This document shows, piece by piece, positions 43,265 to 54,446 of a DNA stretch of 64,000 nt. How positions within the stretch are numbered: position 1 is the first letter of the stretch; each line of letters begins with the position of its first letter. The stretch lies in NCBI RefSeq assembly GCF_058153355.1, contig NZ_CM177019.1, one strand, 5' to 3'. The position numbers were made by a program, and so were the translations under genes. The notes under the pieces were generated by a model that worked only from the letters and a program-made list of their open reading frames with translations, was not told the DNA's origin and searched no databases.

Positions 43265-43987
43265 TTAATCCTGCAACGCATAGGTTACGGTGGTGACTAC
43301 GCGTACCGTTTTATTAATCGCCGTAGGATCATCTTCATCACTGCCACTGGCGAAGATCTGGAACACGCCTTGTGAGGCATCGCTAATTGACCCCACCTGG
43401 CTACCTGAGTCCGTTGCAAATTGTAATGCTGCGTTGCGTGCATCTTTGGTGGCGGCGGCAATCATCTCAGCGCGCAGTGCGCCAATACCATTAAAGCGAT
43501 AGGCGACTTTGCTCTCAGCGATAGCGCCCTCCGTAGCGACTTGCAGTTCGTTTAATTTCGCGACGACTTTTTCGACAGCAGCAACATTATGGGTTTTTAT
43601 CGTCACTGACCCGTCTGCGTTATAGCGTGGCATTGTGGGATCATCTTTCAGATAAAAGGAATCTGTTCGCTTGCTTTTCCATTGGCCCAGGGTTATCTCT
43701 TTCTCGTTAATCCCCTGAGCATTGAGTTCGGCAACAATTTTTTTCTGCGCGTCTTCCAGTTTCGGGAACAGTTCGCCGGGAATATTACCCTTAAAGTTAA
43801 TCGCAATTGTTAATTCTGCCGTATCTGCGCGAACTTCTTTTTCAGAAAGCCCACGCACATTTACATAACGGTTATTGGTTTTTAAATGTTTAACACCATC
43901 GCCAACAAAATAACCACAGGCGCTAATCCCCAGTCCGAGGACGATAGCGGCAATTAAAGAGGGGGCCTTATTCACTGATAACTCCAT
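43265..43987 (-). CDS. SIMPL-domain (DUF541, YggE/BP26-like) protein with N-terminal signal anchor
   Basis: ORF 43265-44077 (270 aa from GTG); the more plausible start is ATG 43985-43987 (MELSVNKAPSLIAAIVLGLGISACGYFVGD...), 240 aa, a hydrophobic N-terminus followed by a SIMPL-like domain; sits between sppA and ansA. Confidence 0.7.
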   Translation of the reverse strand: MELSVNKAPSLIAAIVLGLGISACGYFVGDGVKHLKTNNRYVNVRGLSEKEVRADTAELTIAINFKGNIPGELFPKLEDAQKKIVAELNAQGINEKEITLGQWKSKRTDSFYLKDDPTMPRYNADGSVTIKTHNVAAVEKVVAKLNELQVATEGAIAESKVAYRFNGIGALRAEMIAAATKDARNAALQFATDSGSQVGSISDASQGVFQIFASGSDEDDPTAINKTVRVVTTVTYALQD

Positions 43988-44090
43988 ATCAGATGCTAAA
44001 TGAGCAAGGGAATGTAGTGGAGAGAGGGAGTGAAAGACAGTCCGATTCAGGAGTGTGGCCGACAGCATATCGGCCACATTTTTGCAGGAT

Positions 44091-45947
44091 TTAACGCACG
44101 TTGGCGCAGGTCAGGCAAAACGCATAACGGTTTTGTGGGTCGTTAAACGCTGCCAGCTTGTCGCTTTCACTTTTAACGGTAGAGGCTACCGAGGCCAGCG
44201 GTGCAGGTAACATGGCCTGGAACGCATCTGGCAACATTGCCCGGACAGAACCAGACATATTGTCCATCACTTTGTCGAAGATGGTCGGTTCATCAACGTA
44301 GTATTCCAGATGCCACTGTTTCACTTTTGCCAGCTCTGCTGCTTTGGCAACCGCATCATCGAAATCCCCGAGACTATCGACCAGCCCGTTAGCTTTTGCA
44401 TCCTGACCGGTCCAGACGTGGCCCTGGGCGATTTTATCAATCTGCTCCGGCGTCGAATGACGCGCATCAGCAACCAGCGTGATAAAGCGTTTATAGCCAT
44501 TCTCAATGCTTAACTGCATCATCTGCTGCGCTTCCGGCGGCAGTGCCTTGGTGATAGAAACATCCGCCAGCGGTGAAGTTGAGACGCCATCGGTATGAAC
44601 ACCAATCGAATCCAAACTATTTTCTACGGTAGTGATCACGCCGAAGATACCGATAGAACCGGTCAGGGTGCTGGGGTTAGCCACAATGTAATTAGCTGGC
44701 GTGGAAATCCAGTAACCACCAGATGCCGCCATGCCGCCCATCGATACAACCACAGGCTTACCCGCTGCCCTGGCGGCTGCCAGTTCAGCGCGAATCACTT
44801 CAGAGGCGGTAACGCTGCCGCCAGGGCTATTAACACGCAGAACAATCGCTTTCACTTTCGGGTCAAGGCGAGCGTCGCGGATTTGTGCCGCAGTGGTATC
44901 ACCGCCAACATTCCCCTGAGTTTCCTCGCCATCCATAATTGCGCCATTCGCGAAGACGACACCGATGCTGTCACCGGTATCTGCCGGCGTTTTCAATGCG
45001 TAATCGTAATAACTGATGGCGCGATAATTTTTATCAGTCTTACTCCAGCCGAACTCTTTGGTCAGAGCTTTTTCGATTTCGGCACTTGATGCCAGTGCAT
45101 CGACCAGCTTGTTTTCCAGCGCATATTTCGCGGTATCGCCACCTGTTTTGGTTAAACCCTCAAGCAACCCTTGCGCACCAGGGAATACCTGCTGAGCAGG
45201 GATCTGCCGGTTAGCGGCAACAGTATTCAGATAGTTTTGCCACAGCTCACCGATCCAGCGGCTGTTAGCTTCGCGGGCTGCCGGTGACATATCATCACGA
45301 ATAAACGGTTCAACGGCAGATTTATACGTACCCACGCGGAACACATGGGTGGAGACTTTCAGCTTATCCAGTAACGATTTGTAGTACAGACCGTTGGTAG
45401 CAAAACCGTGCAGATCCACCACGCCTTGTGGAGATAGCCAAATTTTGTTGGCGAAACTGGCGAGATAATATTGCCCCTGGCTGTAGTTCTCGCCTATGGC
45501 ATAAACTGGTTTCCCGCTGTCACGAAACTCTTTCAGGGCTTTGCCGATGTACTGCATAGACGGCTGGTCGCCGCCTGCGAAGTTTTTCAGATCCATCACG
45601 ATACCGGTGATATTGCGGTCGTCCTTTGCCTGGCGAATGGTGTTGACGATATCAAACAGTGAGTTTTCCTGCAGACGATCGGAACTGGCACCAAGGAGCT
45701 GGCGGCTTAGCTTACTAAACCGCTGAGAACTGTCGGGTTTATCGACGATTACACCAGATATGTCCAGCAGCAGCGCGCCACGACTGGCCGTTTCTTTCGA
45801 ATCACCACCACTGACCTGCATCCAGATCCCCACACCAACCAGTACGAGAAAAATAAAGAACAGGTTAAGTACCATTTCACGGACGAAATTCAGCAGACGC
45901 CACGTCCATTTAAAAAATCCGGCAATAAATCGCCAAAGGGTTCGCAT
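44091..45947 (-). CDS. sppA: signal peptide peptidase A (protease IV)
   Basis: ORF 44091-46091; start at ATG 45945-45947 ([38 protein letters not shown]...) giving 618 aa; tandem S49 peptidase domains. Confidence 0.93.
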   Translation of the reverse strand: MRTLWRFIAGFFKWTWRLLNFVREMVLNLFFIFLVLVGVGIWMQVSGGDSKETASRGALLLDISGVIVDKPDSSQRFSKLSRQLLGASSDRLQENSLFDIVNTIRQAKDDRNITGIVMDLKNFAGGDQPSMQYIGKALKEFRDSGKPVYAIGENYSQGQYYLASFANKIWLSPQGVVDLHGFATNGLYYKSLLDKLKVSTHVFRVGTYKSAVEPFIRDDMSPAAREANSRWIGELWQNYLNTVAANRQIPAQQVFPGAQGLLEGLTKTGGDTAKYALENKLVDALASSAEIEKALTKEFGWSKTDKNYRAISYYDYALKTPADTGDSIGVVFANGAIMDGEETQGNVGGDTTAAQIRDARLDPKVKAIVLRVNSPGGSVTASEVIRAELAAARAAGKPVVVSMGGMAASGGYWISTPANYIVANPSTLTGSIGIFGVITTVENSLDSIGVHTDGVSTSPLADVSITKALPPEAQQMMQLSIENGYKRFITLVADARHSTPEQIDKIAQGHVWTGQDAKANGLVDSLGDFDDAVAKAAELAKVKQWHLEYYVDEPTIFDKVMDNMSGSVRAMLPDAFQAMLPAPLASVASTVKSESDKLAAFNDPQNRYAFCLTCANVR

Positions 45948-46107
45948 GTATTCTCCCAACTTAAGGTCACACCTGTCACAGGCGCAATAGATGTGGTTAT
46001 CGTAATGACCCAACCGGCACTTGTCAGCAGGAATTGCGGACTGTGCTGTAACAAAATCCACTCTCGTGTTAATTTTGTGAATAAATATCATGACAGGAGT
46101 TAATCAA

Positions 46108-46659
46108 ATGGATGCACTCGAACTATTGATCAATCGCCGTAGCGCCTCCCGCCTGGCTGAACCTGCGCCAACGGGTGAACAACTGCAAAACATACTGCGA
46201 GCGGGTATGCGTGCCCCGGACCATAAGTCCATGCAACCGTGGCATTTTTTTGTGATTGAAGGGGAAGGACGCGAGCGTTTCAGCGCATTATTGGAACAGG
46301 GGGCGATTGCTGCCGGTAGTGATGACAAAGCTATCGTCAAAGCGCGTAATGCGCCGTTCCGCGCACCGCTCATCATAACGGTGGTGGCAAAATGCGAAGA
46401 AAATCATAAAGTCCCGCGCTGGGAACAGGAAATGTCTGCGGGATGTGCGGTCATGGCGATGCAAATGGCAGCAGTTGCCCAGGGGTTTGGCGGCATCTGG
46501 CGCAGTGGCGCATTAACTGAAAGTCCGGTAGTGCGTGAAGCATTCGGTTGCCGTGAGCAGGATAAAATGGTCGGTTTTCTCTACCTTGGTACGCCGCAGT
46601 TGAAAGCATCTACATCGATAAACGTTCCGGACCCGACGCCGTTTGTGACTTATTTCTGA
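46108..46659 (+). CDS. ydjA: nitroreductase-family protein
   Basis: ORF 46090-46659; start at ATG 46108 ([39 protein letters not shown]...) giving 183 aa. Confidence 0.9.
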   Translation: MDALELLINRRSASRLAEPAPTGEQLQNILRAGMRAPDHKSMQPWHFFVIEGEGRERFSALLEQGAIAAGSDDKAIVKARNAPFRAPLIITVVAKCEENHKVPRWEQEMSAGCAVMAMQMAAVAQGFGGIWRSGALTESPVVREAFGCREQDKMVGFLYLGTPQLKASTSINVPDPTPFVTYF

Positions 46660-46775
46660 TAATTGTCGCGAAACTGTCTGGATTGTGAGCAAAGGCGCAG
46701 GAATTCAGACACTCTCACTTATCACTTCATGGAATGAGGGTTACCATACCCGGATTGCATTGACAGGAGATGTCC

Positions 46776-47819
46776 ATGAGCGAGAACTCGATTCGTTTGA
46801 CCCAATACAGCCACGGTGCAGGTTGCGGCTGTAAAATTTCCCCAAAAGTGTTGGAAACCATCCTGCACAGTGAGCAGGCGAAGTTTGTTGATCCGAATTT
46901 GCTTGTGGGTAATGAAACCCGCGACGATGCGGCGGTGTACGATCTGGGCAATGGCACCAGCGTTATCAGTACCACCGACTTCTTTATGCCGATCGTTGAT
47001 AATCCTTTCGATTTTGGCCGCATTGCGGCGACTAACGCCATCAGCGATATCTTCGCGATGGGTGGCAAACCGATTATGGCGATTGCGATCCTCGGCTGGC
47101 CTATTAACAAACTTTCCCCTGAAATTGCCCGCGAAGTAACCGAAGGTGGACGCTATGCATGCCGTCAGGCGGGTATTGCGCTGGCTGGCGGTCACTCCAT
47201 CGATGCGCCGGAGCCGATTTTTGGTCTGGCGGTAACGGGGATCGTACCGACCGAGCGGGTGAAGAAAAACAGTACTGCACAAGCCGGATGCAAACTGTTC
47301 CTGACGAAACCGCTGGGAATTGGCGTTCTTACTACGGCTGAGAAAAAATCACTGCTGAAACCAGAACATCAGGGACTAGCGACGGAAGTGATGTGCCGGA
47401 TGAACATCGCAGGCGCGTCCTTTGCCAACATCGAAGGCGTAAAAGCGATGACTGACGTGACTGGTTTTGGTCTGCTGGGGCATTTGAGCGAAATGTGTCA
47501 GGGTGCTGGTGTGCAGGCGCGAGTCGACTATGAAGCGATCCCGAAACTGCCGGGGGTTGAAGAGTACATTAAGTTGGGCGCAGTGCCTGGCGGCACCGAA
47601 CGTAACTTTGCCAGCTATGGGCATCTGATGGGTGAAATGCCGCGTGAAGTGCGCGATCTGCTGTGCGATCCGCAAACTTCTGGCGGTCTGCTGCTGGCGG
47701 TCATGCCGGAAGCAGAAAATGAGGTCAAAGCTACAGCCGCCGAGTTTGGCATTGAACTGACGGCGATTGGCGAACTGGTGCCAGCGCGCGGCGGTCGTGC
47801 CATGGTTGAGATCCGTTAA
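46776..47819 (+). CDS. selD: selenide, water dikinase (selenophosphate synthetase)
   Basis: ORF 46770-47819; start at ATG 46776 ([30 protein letters not shown]...) giving 347 aa; Cys17 in the glycine-rich loop. Confidence 0.95.
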
Positions 47820-47823
47820 TTCA

Positions 47824-49779
47824 ATGCGGTTGTTTATTGCCGAAAAACCGAGTCTGGCGCGCGCCATTGCTGATGTCCTGCCCAAACCGCACCGGAAAGG
47901 CGATGGCTTTATCGAGTGCGGTAATGGCCAGGTGGTGACCTGGTGTATCGGTCACCTGCTTGAGCAGGCGCAGCCAGACGCCTACGACAGTCGCTATGCG
48001 CGCTGGAACCTGGCCGATCTCCCCATTGTCCCGGAAAAGTGGCAATTACAGCCACGACCCTCCGTGACCAAACAACTTAACGTCATCAAACGCTTTCTGC
48101 ATGAAGCCAGCGAAATCGTTCACGCCGGTGACCCGGACCGTGAAGGGCAATTGCTGGTAGATGAAGTGCTGGACTACCTGCAACTGGCACCAGAAAAGCG
48201 CCAGCAGGTACAGCGTTGTTTGATAAACGACCTGAACCCGCAGGCGGTTGAGCGGGCTATCGATCGTCTTCGCTCCAATAGCGAGTTTGTACCACTGTGC
48301 GTTTCTGCGCTGGCGCGAGCACGAGCCGACTGGTTATACGGCATCAATATGACCCGCGCGTACACCATTCTCGGTCGTAATGCGGGTTATCAGGGCGTGC
48401 TTTCCGTGGGACGCGTGCAGACGCCCGTGCTCGGGCTGGTGGTGCGCCGCGATGAAGAAATTGAAAACTTCGTGGCGAAAGACTTCTTTGAAGTCAAAGC
48501 GCATATCGTGACACCTGCCGATGAGCGGTTTACCGCTATCTGGCAACCGAGCGAAGCGTGTGAACCGTACCAGGATGAAGAAGGGCGCTTGTTACATCGT
48601 CCGCTGGCGGAGCATGTGGTCAACCGCATCAGCGGCCAACCGGCTATTGTCACCAGCTATAACGATAAACGGGAATCAGAATCCGCACCGCTGCCGTTTT
48701 CGCTTTCGGCGTTGCAGATTGAAGCGGCTAAACGCTTTGGTCTGAGTGCGCAGAACGTGCTTGATATCTGCCAGAAGTTGTACGAAACGCACAAGCTAAT
48801 CACTTATCCGCGTTCCGATTGTCGCTATCTGCCAGAAGAGCATTTTGCCGGACGCCACGCGGTGATGAATGCTATCGGCGTCCATGCGCCGGATCTGTTG
48901 CCGCAACCAGTGGTAGATCCAGATATACGCAACCGCTGTTGGGATGACAAAAAGGTCGATGCGCACCACGCCATCATCCCGACCGCGAGGAGTTCTGCCA
49001 TCAACCTGACGGAAAACGAGGCGAAGGTCTATAACCTGATTGCTCGTCAGTATTTGATGCAGTTCTGTCCGGACGCGGTGTTCCGCAAGTGTGTTATCGA
49101 ACTGGAAATAGCCAAAGGCAAATTTGTCGCTAAAGCCCGTTTTCTTGCTGAAGCAGGCTGGCGCACACTGTTAGGCAGCAAAGAGCGCGATGAAGAAAAC
49201 GACGGCACGCCACTGCCTGTGGTGGCGAAAGGCGATGAGTTGCTGTGTGAAAAAGGTGAAGTGGTAGAGCGGCAAACCCAGCCGCCGCGCCATTTTACCG
49301 ATGCAACACTGCTTTCGGCGATGACCGGGATCGCGCGCTTTGTGCAGGATAAAGATCTGAAAAAGATCCTTCGTGCCACCGATGGTCTGGGGACAGAAGC
49401 AACCCGTGCCGGGATTATTGAACTGCTGTTCAAGCGTGGCTTTCTGACCAAAAAAGGGCGCTATATCCACTCCACCGACGCCGGAAAAGCGTTATTCCAT
49501 TCACTGCCAGAAATGGCTACGCGACCGGACATGACCGCGCACTGGGAATCGGTGCTGACGCAAATCAGCGAAAAGCAGTGCCGCTATCAGGACTTTATGC
49601 AACCGTTGGTGGGGACGCTGTATCAGTTGATTGATCAGGCCAAACGTACGCCGGTGCGGCAGTTTCGCGGCATAGTGGCTCCAGATGGCGGAGAAGGAAA
49701 TAAGAAGACTTCACCCCGTAAGCGAGCAGCGAAAAAAAGCCCGCCATCAGCAGAGGCGGGCAGTGGAGTGATAATGTAA
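47824..49779 (+). CDS. topB: DNA topoisomerase III
   Basis: ORF 47767-49779; start at ATG 47824 ([47 protein letters not shown]...); Toprim and topoisomerase IA domains; 4 bp after the selD stop. Confidence 0.95.
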   Translation: MRLFIAEKPSLARAIADVLPKPHRKGDGFIECGNGQVVTWCIGHLLEQAQPDAYDSRYARWNLADLPIVPEKWQLQPRPSVTKQLNVIKRFLHEASEIVHAGDPDREGQLLVDEVLDYLQLAPEKRQQVQRCLINDLNPQAVERAIDRLRSNSEFVPLCVSALARARADWLYGINMTRAYTILGRNAGYQGVLSVGRVQTPVLGLVVRRDEEIENFVAKDFFEVKAHIVTPADERFTAIWQPSEACEPYQDEEGRLLHRPLAEHVVNRISGQPAIVTSYNDKRESESAPLPFSLSALQIEAAKRFGLSAQNVLDICQKLYETHKLITYPRSDCRYLPEEHFAGRHAVMNAIGVHAPDLLPQPVVDPDIRNRCWDDKKVDAHHAIIPTARSSAINLTENEAKVYNLIARQYLMQFCPDAVFRKCVIELEIAKGKFVAKARFLAEAGWRTLLGSKERDEENDGTPLPVVAKGDELLCEKGEVVERQTQPPRHFTDATLLSAMTGIARFVQDKDLKKILRATDGLGTEATRAGIIELLFKRGFLTKKGRYIHSTDAGKALFHSLPEMATRPDMTAHWESVLTQISEKQCRYQDFMQPLVGTLYQLIDQAKRTPVRQFRGIVAPDGGEGNKKTSPRKRAAKKSPPSAEAGSGVIM

Positions 49780-49799
49780 TGCTCTGATGCAGTCAGTTT

Positions 49800-52158
49800 G
49801 TCGGGTAGCAGCGATTCATTACTGTCTCGCCGCCCCCTAAGAACGGTACGTGCGAGTTTCCCCGCATACCGCTCAAGCCTTTATAAGCCTCCACCTTGTG
49901 GGAGACCAGCGTCATTACTATGTAGTTGTCGATGGCAGTTGGGATGGAGTAGGACTAAATTGCTCACATCATCGCTACCGCCAAGAGATTTCTTGAGCAA
50001 ATGATGAACATTCCATCCTGTATCGCGATTAATCGGTTGCTCACATAAAGGGCAGCGCGATCCTTGCCTTTTCCATATAGCGAGAATCCTTTTCTGCCCC
50101 TGTTGGGATTTCTTCCATGAGTAGTCCAGCCTTCTTTCGAAGTATGTTTCCCACTCGGGATCATATGGATTTGCCGTTCCCTTTATTTTTATATAGCGAT
50201 TAATATGGATGTCGCTGGCCCGGGACAGAACATATTTCCTACCCTCCGGATCGACTCCATAAAATCGACCATGACACATTTTTATTGTCGTGTGGTACTT
50301 TCGGAAGATCCATCTCCGGCCTTTGCCGGGATGTCTCCTTCTGCACCACTGCCAGATTTTGCGCCAGATTTGGTTGTCGACATAGTTAAATGTCTCTGCC
50401 GATGCTACATGTTGGTGATAGTTTGCCCACCCGGTGATGATTGGATTAAGCAGATTTATTAGCACCCATGCAGGAACCGTTCGGTTACCTTCAATAGTCT
50501 CTCTGATCTTGCTAAGAAATTGTTTAACGTTTTTCTTGGCTGGTCTGATTATGAGTTTTCTACCGAAGCGTCGGACGTGCTGCCCAAGGAAATCAAATCC
50601 GTCAGTAATGTGAGTGATGACCGTTTTCTCTTCGGATAACGTCAGCCCTCTTTCTGCAAGAAATGATTTCACCAACGGAAGAACATTCTCCTCCAGAAGT
50701 TCTTTCGACTTTCCGGAAATGATGAAATCATCAGCATACCGGACGAAGTGAACCTGATGTTTCCTGAATGTTTTTGAGCGTTTCGGACCAAAGCGATTTT
50801 GCAGCAGTCTTTCCAGTCCATCCAGGGCCATGTTTGCCAGAACTGGAGATATGATTCCTCCCTGGGGTGTACCCGAGAGAGTTTTGCTGAATATGCTTTT
50901 TTCGATGATCCCGGCTTTCAACCAATTACGGAGTATTTGCTTGTCCATAGGAATATTTTCAAGCAGCCACTCGTGGCTAATGTGTTCAAAGCATCCTTTA
51001 ATATCGCCTTCCAGAACCCATTTCGAGGCGTTCCGGGAACTATACATATTACATACCTGTTGAATGGCGTCAGCCGTACATCGCGCTGGTCTGAAACCAT
51101 AACTGTTGTGATCTGCATTAGTTTCCGATACAGGCTCCAATCCCAGCAGATGCAGGGCCTGCATTGCCCTGTCAAGCATGACGGGGATTCCTAATGGTCT
51201 TTTCTTGCCATTAGATTTGGGTATAAAAACTCTTTTTAGCGGTAGGGGCTTGTACCCTTTTCGCCTGAGTTTGAATATCGCTTCCCATTTTGATTCTGGA
51301 GTACTCCAGATTTGACCATCAACTCCGGGGGTTTTACGCCCGCTATTTTCCGTAACTCGTTTCACCGCCAGTGCTCTGGCGCTGAATGAGCGAACCAGCA
51401 ATCGTTGCAATCTACCGACTGTACGCCATTGCTGGTTACATGCCGCCTTTGCGATTCTTGTCTGTATGGTTTTAACGTGTTGATGGCATTTCTTCCAGTT
51501 AATGGAATGCCAACCTTTTCCGTTGATGACCGCAGTTACATTGTTAGATGTAATTTTCATACATGTCATCCAAAGAAACCTTCGCAGATGTTTCGCAATT
51601 AAAGACCAGATGGAAGTCAGCACGGTTTCCCGTTAAGGCAAATATTGAACCTCTATCCGCACGATTACAGTCCGGCTTTCGCTTTTTCCATCCTCCTTTA
51701 CCCGCATTCTCATCAGTTTGCCTTACGGTGCCCCTGCCACTAGGGCGAGAATTCGGGCTTACCAAGTTCCGACCAACATACAAAGAACGGGTTAGGTTCT
51801 GTCTATCCGCCGGGGGAGTTATTGTCCATGTATTCCCACTACGAACAGGAATAGCCTTACCCCTTACCTTTTGGTGCAAGCCTATCAGCATCTTTGGCTC
51901 GTTCTCTGTTACGACGTTTAACGACAGTTCACTATGTTAACCATACCGCCCAGCCTAGCGCTCTCGCCGCATGATGCTTGTAGCGATCAGGTTTTCTCAC
52001 GATTAACTGAAGCAATATTTGCTAAGCTACATTGTCCCAAGGGCTTCAGACAGAGCCGTTACCAGCTTTGCCTGCCTCAGTAGGCTACAACTAATGGAAT
52101 AGTTGGTTTTATATAAATAATTTATCAAAACAATATGTTGGACGACTTCTTGTCGCAC
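49800..52158 (-). mobile_element. group II intron, full length with intact intron-encoded protein (boundaries approximate, +/- 10 bp)
   Basis: Minus strand: 5' end GTGCGACAAG... at 52158; about 535 nt of domains I-III; ORF in domain IV (49881-51560); canonical 34-nt domain V GAGCGGTATGCGGGGAAACTCGCACGTACCGTTC at 49842-49875 (AGC triad, GAAA tetraloop) 6 nt after the ORF stop; short domain VI ending about 49800. Confidence 0.85.
49881..51560 (-). CDS. group II intron reverse transcriptase/maturase with C-terminal HNH endonuclease domain
   Basis: ORF 49881-51623; likely start MKITSNNV... at ATG 51558-51560; RT block with YADD catalytic motif (VHFVRYADDFIISG), maturase X region, and HNH/En motif (CPLCEQP...WNVHHLLKKSLGGSDDVSNLVLLHPNCHRQLH). 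Confidence 0.88.
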   Translation of the reverse strand: MKITSNNVTAVINGKGWHSINWKKCHQHVKTIQTRIAKAACNQQWRTVGRLQRLLVRSFSARALAVKRVTENSGRKTPGVDGQIWSTPESKWEAIFKLRRKGYKPLPLKRVFIPKSNGKKRPLGIPVMLDRAMQALHLLGLEPVSETNADHNSYGFRPARCTADAIQQVCNMYSSRNASKWVLEGDIKGCFEHISHEWLLENIPMDKQILRNWLKAGIIEKSIFSKTLSGTPQGGIISPVLANMALDGLERLLQNRFGPKRSKTFRKHQVHFVRYADDFIISGKSKELLEENVLPLVKSFLAERGLTLSEEKTVITHITDGFDFLGQHVRRFGRKLIIRPAKKNVKQFLSKIRETIEGNRTVPAWVLINLLNPIITGWANYHQHVASAETFNYVDNQIWRKIWQWCRRRHPGKGRRWIFRKYHTTIKMCHGRFYGVDPEGRKYVLSRASDIHINRYIKIKGTANPYDPEWETYFERRLDYSWKKSQQGQKRILAIWKRQGSRCPLCEQPINRDTGWNVHHLLKKSLGGSDDVSNLVLLHPNCHRQLHSNDAGLPQGGGL

Positions 52159-52160
52159 TC

Positions 52161-52195
52161 GTAGGCCAGATAAGGCGTTCACGCCGCATCTGGCA
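52161..52195. repeat. REP (repetitive extragenic palindrome) element downstream of gdhA
   Basis: GTAGGCCAGATAAGGCGTTCACGCCGCATCTGGCA matches the E. coli REP consensus family (GCCGGATGCGGCGTGAACGCCTTATCCGGCCTAC) with a G-to-A variant in each arm. Confidence 0.75.
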
Positions 52196-52221
52196 TAAAC
52201 GCCTGAAACGGCGCTAATGAC

Positions 52222-53565
52222 TTAAATCACCCCCTGCGCCAGCATCGCATCGGCAACCTTCACAAAACCGGCAATGTTCGCGCCCTGCACGTAGTTGGTT
52301 TGCTCACCTTCACCACCATGCTCAACACAGGCATGGTGGATATCCAGCATGATGTGATGCAAACGTGCGTCAACTTTCTCGGCTTTCCAGCCCAGGCGCG
52401 CAGCGTTTTGCGCCATTTCCAGGCCGGATGTAGCTACGCCACCAGCATTAGCCGCTTTACCCGGTGCAAACAGTACGCCTGCCTGCTGGAACAGTTCAGT
52501 CGCTTCGATGGTGGTCGGCATATTTGCCCCTTCGGCGACGGCTTTAACGCCATTGGCGATAAGCTGATGCGCGGCGTCTACATCCAGTTCGTTCTGGGTG
52601 GCGCAAGGCAGGGCGATATCAACCGGTACAGACCACGGCTGTTGGCCTTCGAGATAGACCAGGCCAAATTCTTTGGCGTAATCTGCCACTCGACCATCGC
52701 GGCTGGCTTTGATTTCGATAAGACGTGCCAGTTTCTCTTTAGTGAATCCGCTTTCATCAACGACAGTGCCACTGGAATCTGACGCAGTAATCACACGGGC
52801 ACCAAATTCCATCGCTTTTTCGATAGCGTACTGAGCGACGTTGCCGGAGCCAGAAACGGAAACGCGCATCCCTTCAAAACCCATACCGTGGCGTTTTAGC
52901 ATTGCTTCTGTGAAATAAACCAGACCGTAGCCGGTTGCTTCCGGGCGAATAAGACTGCCGCCAAAAGAAAGCCCCTTACCGGTGAAGACGCAGGCGGTAT
53001 TGTTGGAGAGCTTTTTCATCATCCCCGCCATAAAGCCGACTTCACGACCACCAACGCCGATATCGCCCGCCGGAACGTCGGTATCTGCGCCCAGGTGGCG
53101 ATACAGTTCAGTCATTAGCGCCTGGCAGAACCGCATCACTTCGCCTTCGCTTTTCCCTTTCGGGTCGAAATCGCTGCCGCCTTTACCACCGCCCATTGGC
53201 AGAGTTGTCAGGGCATTTTTGAAGGTTTGTTCAAAGCCGAGGAATTTGAGAATGGAGAGGTTTACCGACGGATGGAAGCGCATACCACCTTTGTACGGGC
53301 CGATGGCGGAGCTGAACTGCACGCGCCATGCACGGTTGACCTGCACCTGGTTGCGATCGTCAACCCATACCACGCGAAACTGGATCACGCGCTCCGGCTC
53401 AACCAAGCGCTCCAGTAATGACATTTGGCGATATTTTGGATTTTGTTCAAGAAAAGGCCAGAGTGTGGTCATTACTTCACGAACGGCTTGCGCGAACTCG
53501 GTTTGATTCGGGTCGCGCTTTTGGACATGGTTGAGGAATGACTCCAGAGAATATGTCTGATCCAT
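52222..53565 (-). CDS. gdhA: NADP-specific glutamate dehydrogenase
   Basis: 447-aa ORF MDQTYSLESFLNHVQKRDPNQTEFAQAVREVMTTLWPFLEQNPKYRQ...; matches E. coli GdhA. Confidence 0.97.
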   Translation of the reverse strand: MDQTYSLESFLNHVQKRDPNQTEFAQAVREVMTTLWPFLEQNPKYRQMSLLERLVEPERVIQFRVVWVDDRNQVQVNRAWRVQFSSAIGPYKGGMRFHPSVNLSILKFLGFEQTFKNALTTLPMGGGKGGSDFDPKGKSEGEVMRFCQALMTELYRHLGADTDVPAGDIGVGGREVGFMAGMMKKLSNNTACVFTGKGLSFGGSLIRPEATGYGLVYFTEAMLKRHGMGFEGMRVSVSGSGNVAQYAIEKAMEFGARVITASDSSGTVVDESGFTKEKLARLIEIKASRDGRVADYAKEFGLVYLEGQQPWSVPVDIALPCATQNELDVDAAHQLIANGVKAVAEGANMPTTIEATELFQQAGVLFAPGKAANAGGVATSGLEMAQNAARLGWKAEKVDARLHHIMLDIHHACVEHGGEGEQTNYVQGANIAGFVKVADAMLAQGVI

Positions 53566-53800
53566 AGATATAAAACCCTTATATATTAATACGATTATGC
53601 TTATGTTGTTTATGTCATGTGCTTTTGCAGTTTTCGACTATACCATCAAGAATGTGACGGTAAGCAAGAAAAAAATGACTCACGAAAGCAAATTAATAAC
53701 GGGAGAAATCTCATAACCAAAAGCGATAACTCAGACGCTAAAGTTTTGCCGCCAGGCTACCGTTATCAGTAGCAGAGACAAAAACGTTAAGGAGTTCCCT

Positions 53801-54073
53801 GTGAGTCGAGCATTGTTCGCCCTAGCATTGGCATTTCCATTCATTGCACTGGCTAACCCGCATTATCGTCCGGACGTGGAGGTGAACGTACCGCCAGAAG
53901 TGTTCAGTTCAGGCGGGCAGTCAGCGCAGCCCTGTACTCAGTGCTGCGTTTATCAGGATAAAAATTATTCTGAAGGGGCGGTAATTAAAGCCGAAGGAAT
54001 ACTCCTGCAATGCCAGCGGGATGACAAAACCCTTAGCACTAATCCGCTGGTCTGGCGGCGCGTAAAGCCATAA
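53801..54073 (+). CDS. ynjH: DUF1496 secreted protein
   Basis: 90-aa ORF with signal peptide (MSRALFALALAFPFIALA); divergent from gdhA; 3' end overlaps nudG by 35 bp. Confidence 0.85.
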   Translation: MSRALFALALAFPFIALANPHYRPDVEVNVPPEVFSSGGQSAQPCTQCCVYQDKNYSEGAVIKAEGILLQCQRDDKTLSTNPLVWRRVKP

Positions 54074-54446
54074 ACGCCTCTAATAGTGGAATGTCAGCAG
54101 GGGCCAGCGGATATTGCAGCGCCTCTTCAGGTGAGCACCAGACTAGCGCCTGATGTTCATGTGCCTGTAACGTCCCGTGGAAGTCGGGTACGTGCCAGGC
54201 ATGAAGATGGATAATCCGCCCCGACACTTCTCGTTGATGGCTGGCAACATACTCACCCACAGTTGCTTCGATGCCCAATTCTTCGCGTAACTCACGCACC
54301 AGCGCCTGCCGCTGGCTTTCATCCGGCTCGACTTTACCACCGGCAAACTCCCATAATCCCGCCTGATCGCTATGGGCGGGGCGTTGAGCGAGTAAAATTT
54401 TGCCATCACGTTCGATGATGGCGGCAACAACTTCAATCATATTCAT
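54039..54446 (-). CDS. nudG: CTP/dCTP pyrophosphohydrolase (Nudix)
   Basis: 135-aa ORF with Nudix box (GGKVEPDESQRQALVRELREELGI). Confidence 0.9.
   Translation of the reverse strand: MNMIEVVAAIIERDGKILLAQRPAHSDQAGLWEFAGGKVEPDESQRQALVRELREELGIEATVGEYVASHQREVSGRIIHLHAWHVPDFHGTLQAHEHQALVWCSPEEALQYPLAPADIPLLEAFMALRAARPAD

Noticed and set aside
50799-51194. Plus-strand ORFs of 65-131 aa inside the group II intron (50205-50462, 50799-51194, 50830-51063, 51405-51602, 51563-51940)
   Set aside because: All are antisense to, or overlap, the intron-encoded RT ORF or the structured ribozyme domains; no independent evidence for coding.
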